Shown: one piece after another, positions 61,905-64,000 of the stretch
Layout of the letters: every line of letters begins with the position of its first letter
Position numbering within the stretch: position 1 is the first letter of the stretch
DNA from: Octopus sinensis
Lineage: Eukaryota
Direction of reading: 5' to 3'
Length of the DNA: 64,000 nt
NCBI RefSeq assembly: GCF_006345805.1
Contig: NC_042998.1
Coordinates: forward strand, 23,870,001 to 23,934,000
The notes under the pieces: model-generated
Told to the model about the DNA's origin: nothing
Databases searched by the model: none
The model's input: only the letters and a program-made list of their open reading frames with translations
Program-made: the position numbers and the translations under genes

Positions 61905-62556
61905 ATGAAGGACATAATGGAAATTAATATGCAAAATCAAGTTTTGCAGCACTACTACATTTACACAAGTGTCTCTGGTTTGTTGATGTAAACCCTCTCT
62001 TTCAGGTATCCCCACAAGAAAAAAATCAAGCTAGTCAAATCTGGGGAATGTGAAGGCTAGTTGACATTGCTGCCTCTCCAAAGCACTTCTGTAGCAATTG
62101 CATTGTCTCTCTTATGGCACGAGCAGTTGCCCCATCTTGCTTGAACCATGTGTGAGGTCTACTTTGAATGGCCTTCACATTCCCCAGAATTGACAAGCCT
62201 GGGTTTTTTTCTTGTGGGGATACCTGAAAGAGAAGGTTTACATCAACAAACCAGAGACCCTGGTGCAACTGAAGAAGAACATCAATAGAGAAATCACAGA
62301 AGTGGACTCTGAAACTCTTGAGGGTATTATTATGATGCAAGTTTTGGAAAGAGTACGGATATGCAAAGCTGAAAATGGCTGCCATTTAAGCGATGTCATT
62401 TTTCATATATGATGTGGTGGTGTTGCAAAACTTGACTTGTGCATATTAATTTCCATTATGTCCTTTATATTGTATCAAAATTTCATGCCCTTATTTGTAA
62501 AGTTAAGGAAGTTATTAAAAATTGAAACCCATCAGTGACTTTTGTGACACCCTGTA
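61905..62556. mobile_element. Rearranged Tc1/mariner-superfamily transposase 3' remnant with an internal inversion
   Basis: + FFLWGYLKEKVYINKPETLVQLK...ENGCHL; - WFKQDGATA; 61905-62060 is a reverse copy of parts of 62170-62470; right end acaccctgta. Confidence 0.8.
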
Positions 62557-62829
62557 GATACTTTGGTTCTCAGTAGAATGGCAAATAATCGAGTCTTGAA
62601 TTAGTAATGAATGTAATTTAGGCATGGGGCCATACATTTTGGGGAAGAGGGTACAGTTGGTTATATTGACTCCAGTACATGACAAGTATTTATTTCTTTG
62701 ATCCTGGAAAGAGGAAAGCAACGGTATCCTTGTCAGAATTTGAACTTAGAACAAAAAACTTGCCCTTTGTCAGTTATAATTATAAGGGTTCTAGTTGACC
62801 TGATTAACAGAAAAACCTGCTCGTGAAAT

Positions 62830-63110
62830 TAATGTACAGGTGGCTGAGCTCTTCATAGACAAGTGTACTGTTAACATAGTTCTCAGGGAGATTCAGCATG
62901 CCAAGGATTGTTGTTGTTAAGCAACAAGACAGGTAAGGGTGATTAGGTGATGGTCTAGGGCTTAGGGGCAGGAGACACCAGACCTTGGAAAAAAAAAACT
63001 TTGGTCGTCTTCTTGTAGTTGAGAGCTCTTCGTTGATGCCTGACACCACTGGGAGGTGGCCCTCAAAGTGGCTGGAAATGGAGATCTCCAGGTCCAAGTT
63101 CTTGAACAGT
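62830..63110 (-). mobile_element. Second copy of the 10385-10590 repeat, with the HDV-like relic better preserved
   Basis: RC gagggccacctcccagtggtgtcaggcatcaacgaagagctctc (63021-63064). Confidence 0.55.
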
Positions 63111-64000
63111 GCATGTCAAGGATGGTTGGCCCTTTGAAATACAGGTACTACTCAATCATGCCAGCTGAGTAGACTGAAGAAATGTGAAAGGGAGTGTCTT
63201 GCAGCTCAAAGATGCAATACACTGCCAGATATCGAACTCAAGACCTTAGAATTGTAAGCTGAACACGCTAACCACTAAGCTGTCACTAACTTATAATAAA
63301 ACCAGCAACTAAATACCACATGATGCTGTGTATGTTGCATTACCGATTCTGCTACTCCACTGCTGTAATTGTTGATATAGAAATGTTAAATACTTTCCTC
63401 ATTCTACTTATTCACTGAGAAACACTATTTTTAATATATTCTGGCAGCAACAATGAAATATATAAATTTATATATAATGAAAGAAGACCAATGAATAAAT
63501 AAATAGATTGTCTTCATTTATTTTCTCCGCTGACTCTCTTAACAAATAAAATTGTTTTTCAAGAATCTATTTGGTTTCATCATTGGCGTGTTAGTTTTCG
63601 TTTAATATTTTAATGATATAATATATTCTCTTTTCATTCATATTAGACTCTCAGCATTAACGTTAGCAAGGCAATATTCTATGCATAAATTATTTACTTA
63701 TAATGGCAATATTATATTTGTTTAAAAGAAAGATCACATGTGTATGATAAAAGTAATGCAGTAACATATTTTCTTGCATGAGTCTTTAAGATAAATCAAT
63801 AATAATTTTATAATATAAAATATCCCTCTTTAAAAGACAAAAAAAAAATTAAATGAAAACACTATGGTTATTAACTTCCATGATATCTAAGACATTTATC
63901 AATATTGTTAGATATTTCATCAGTGTAATTGATGTTTATCAAATGGAATTATTTGATATTTATCATATGACATTAGTGAGATTAGATGTGATATGAAACG

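Overview
AT-rich, repeat-dominated eukaryotic DNA. The SINE families are recognised from memory as those abundant in Octopus, so a coleoid cephalopod origin is an inference. No complete protein-coding gene is supported, and almost all ORFs in the track are microsatellite or SINE read-throughs. The window is most likely a long intron or the 3' region of a + strand host gene, or intergenic DNA. Contents: at least four SINE-like families (tRNA/CORE-like 'A', Nin/Deu-domain-like 'B', tRNA/V-domain-like 'C', (GAT)n-tailed RTE-type 'D'); a full-length but inactivated 1287-bp mariner with TIRs and TA TSD; a rearranged Tc1/mariner remnant; non-autonomous Helitrons; R4/Dong-clade LINE remnants, some nested in (AAT)n; and Penelope-like (GIY-YIG) remnants. 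Most notable by eye: (i) several hammerhead ribozyme folds, one near-complete at 24986-25044, and two HDV-like ribozyme relics; (ii) + strand splicing signals with no obvious large exons, namely a 6-nt microexon candidate, AG|GT recursive-splice-like sites and several candidate alternative terminal exons; (iii) long fold-back structures (~570-bp inverted duplication, 115-bp palindrome, inverted SINE pairs) that are candidate dsRNA/ADAR substrates; (iv) a higher-order tandem array built from a SINE-internal 64-bp unit. Repeat boundaries are approximate (about +/-20 bp) unless TIRs or TSDs are quoted. Nothing was computed or searched.
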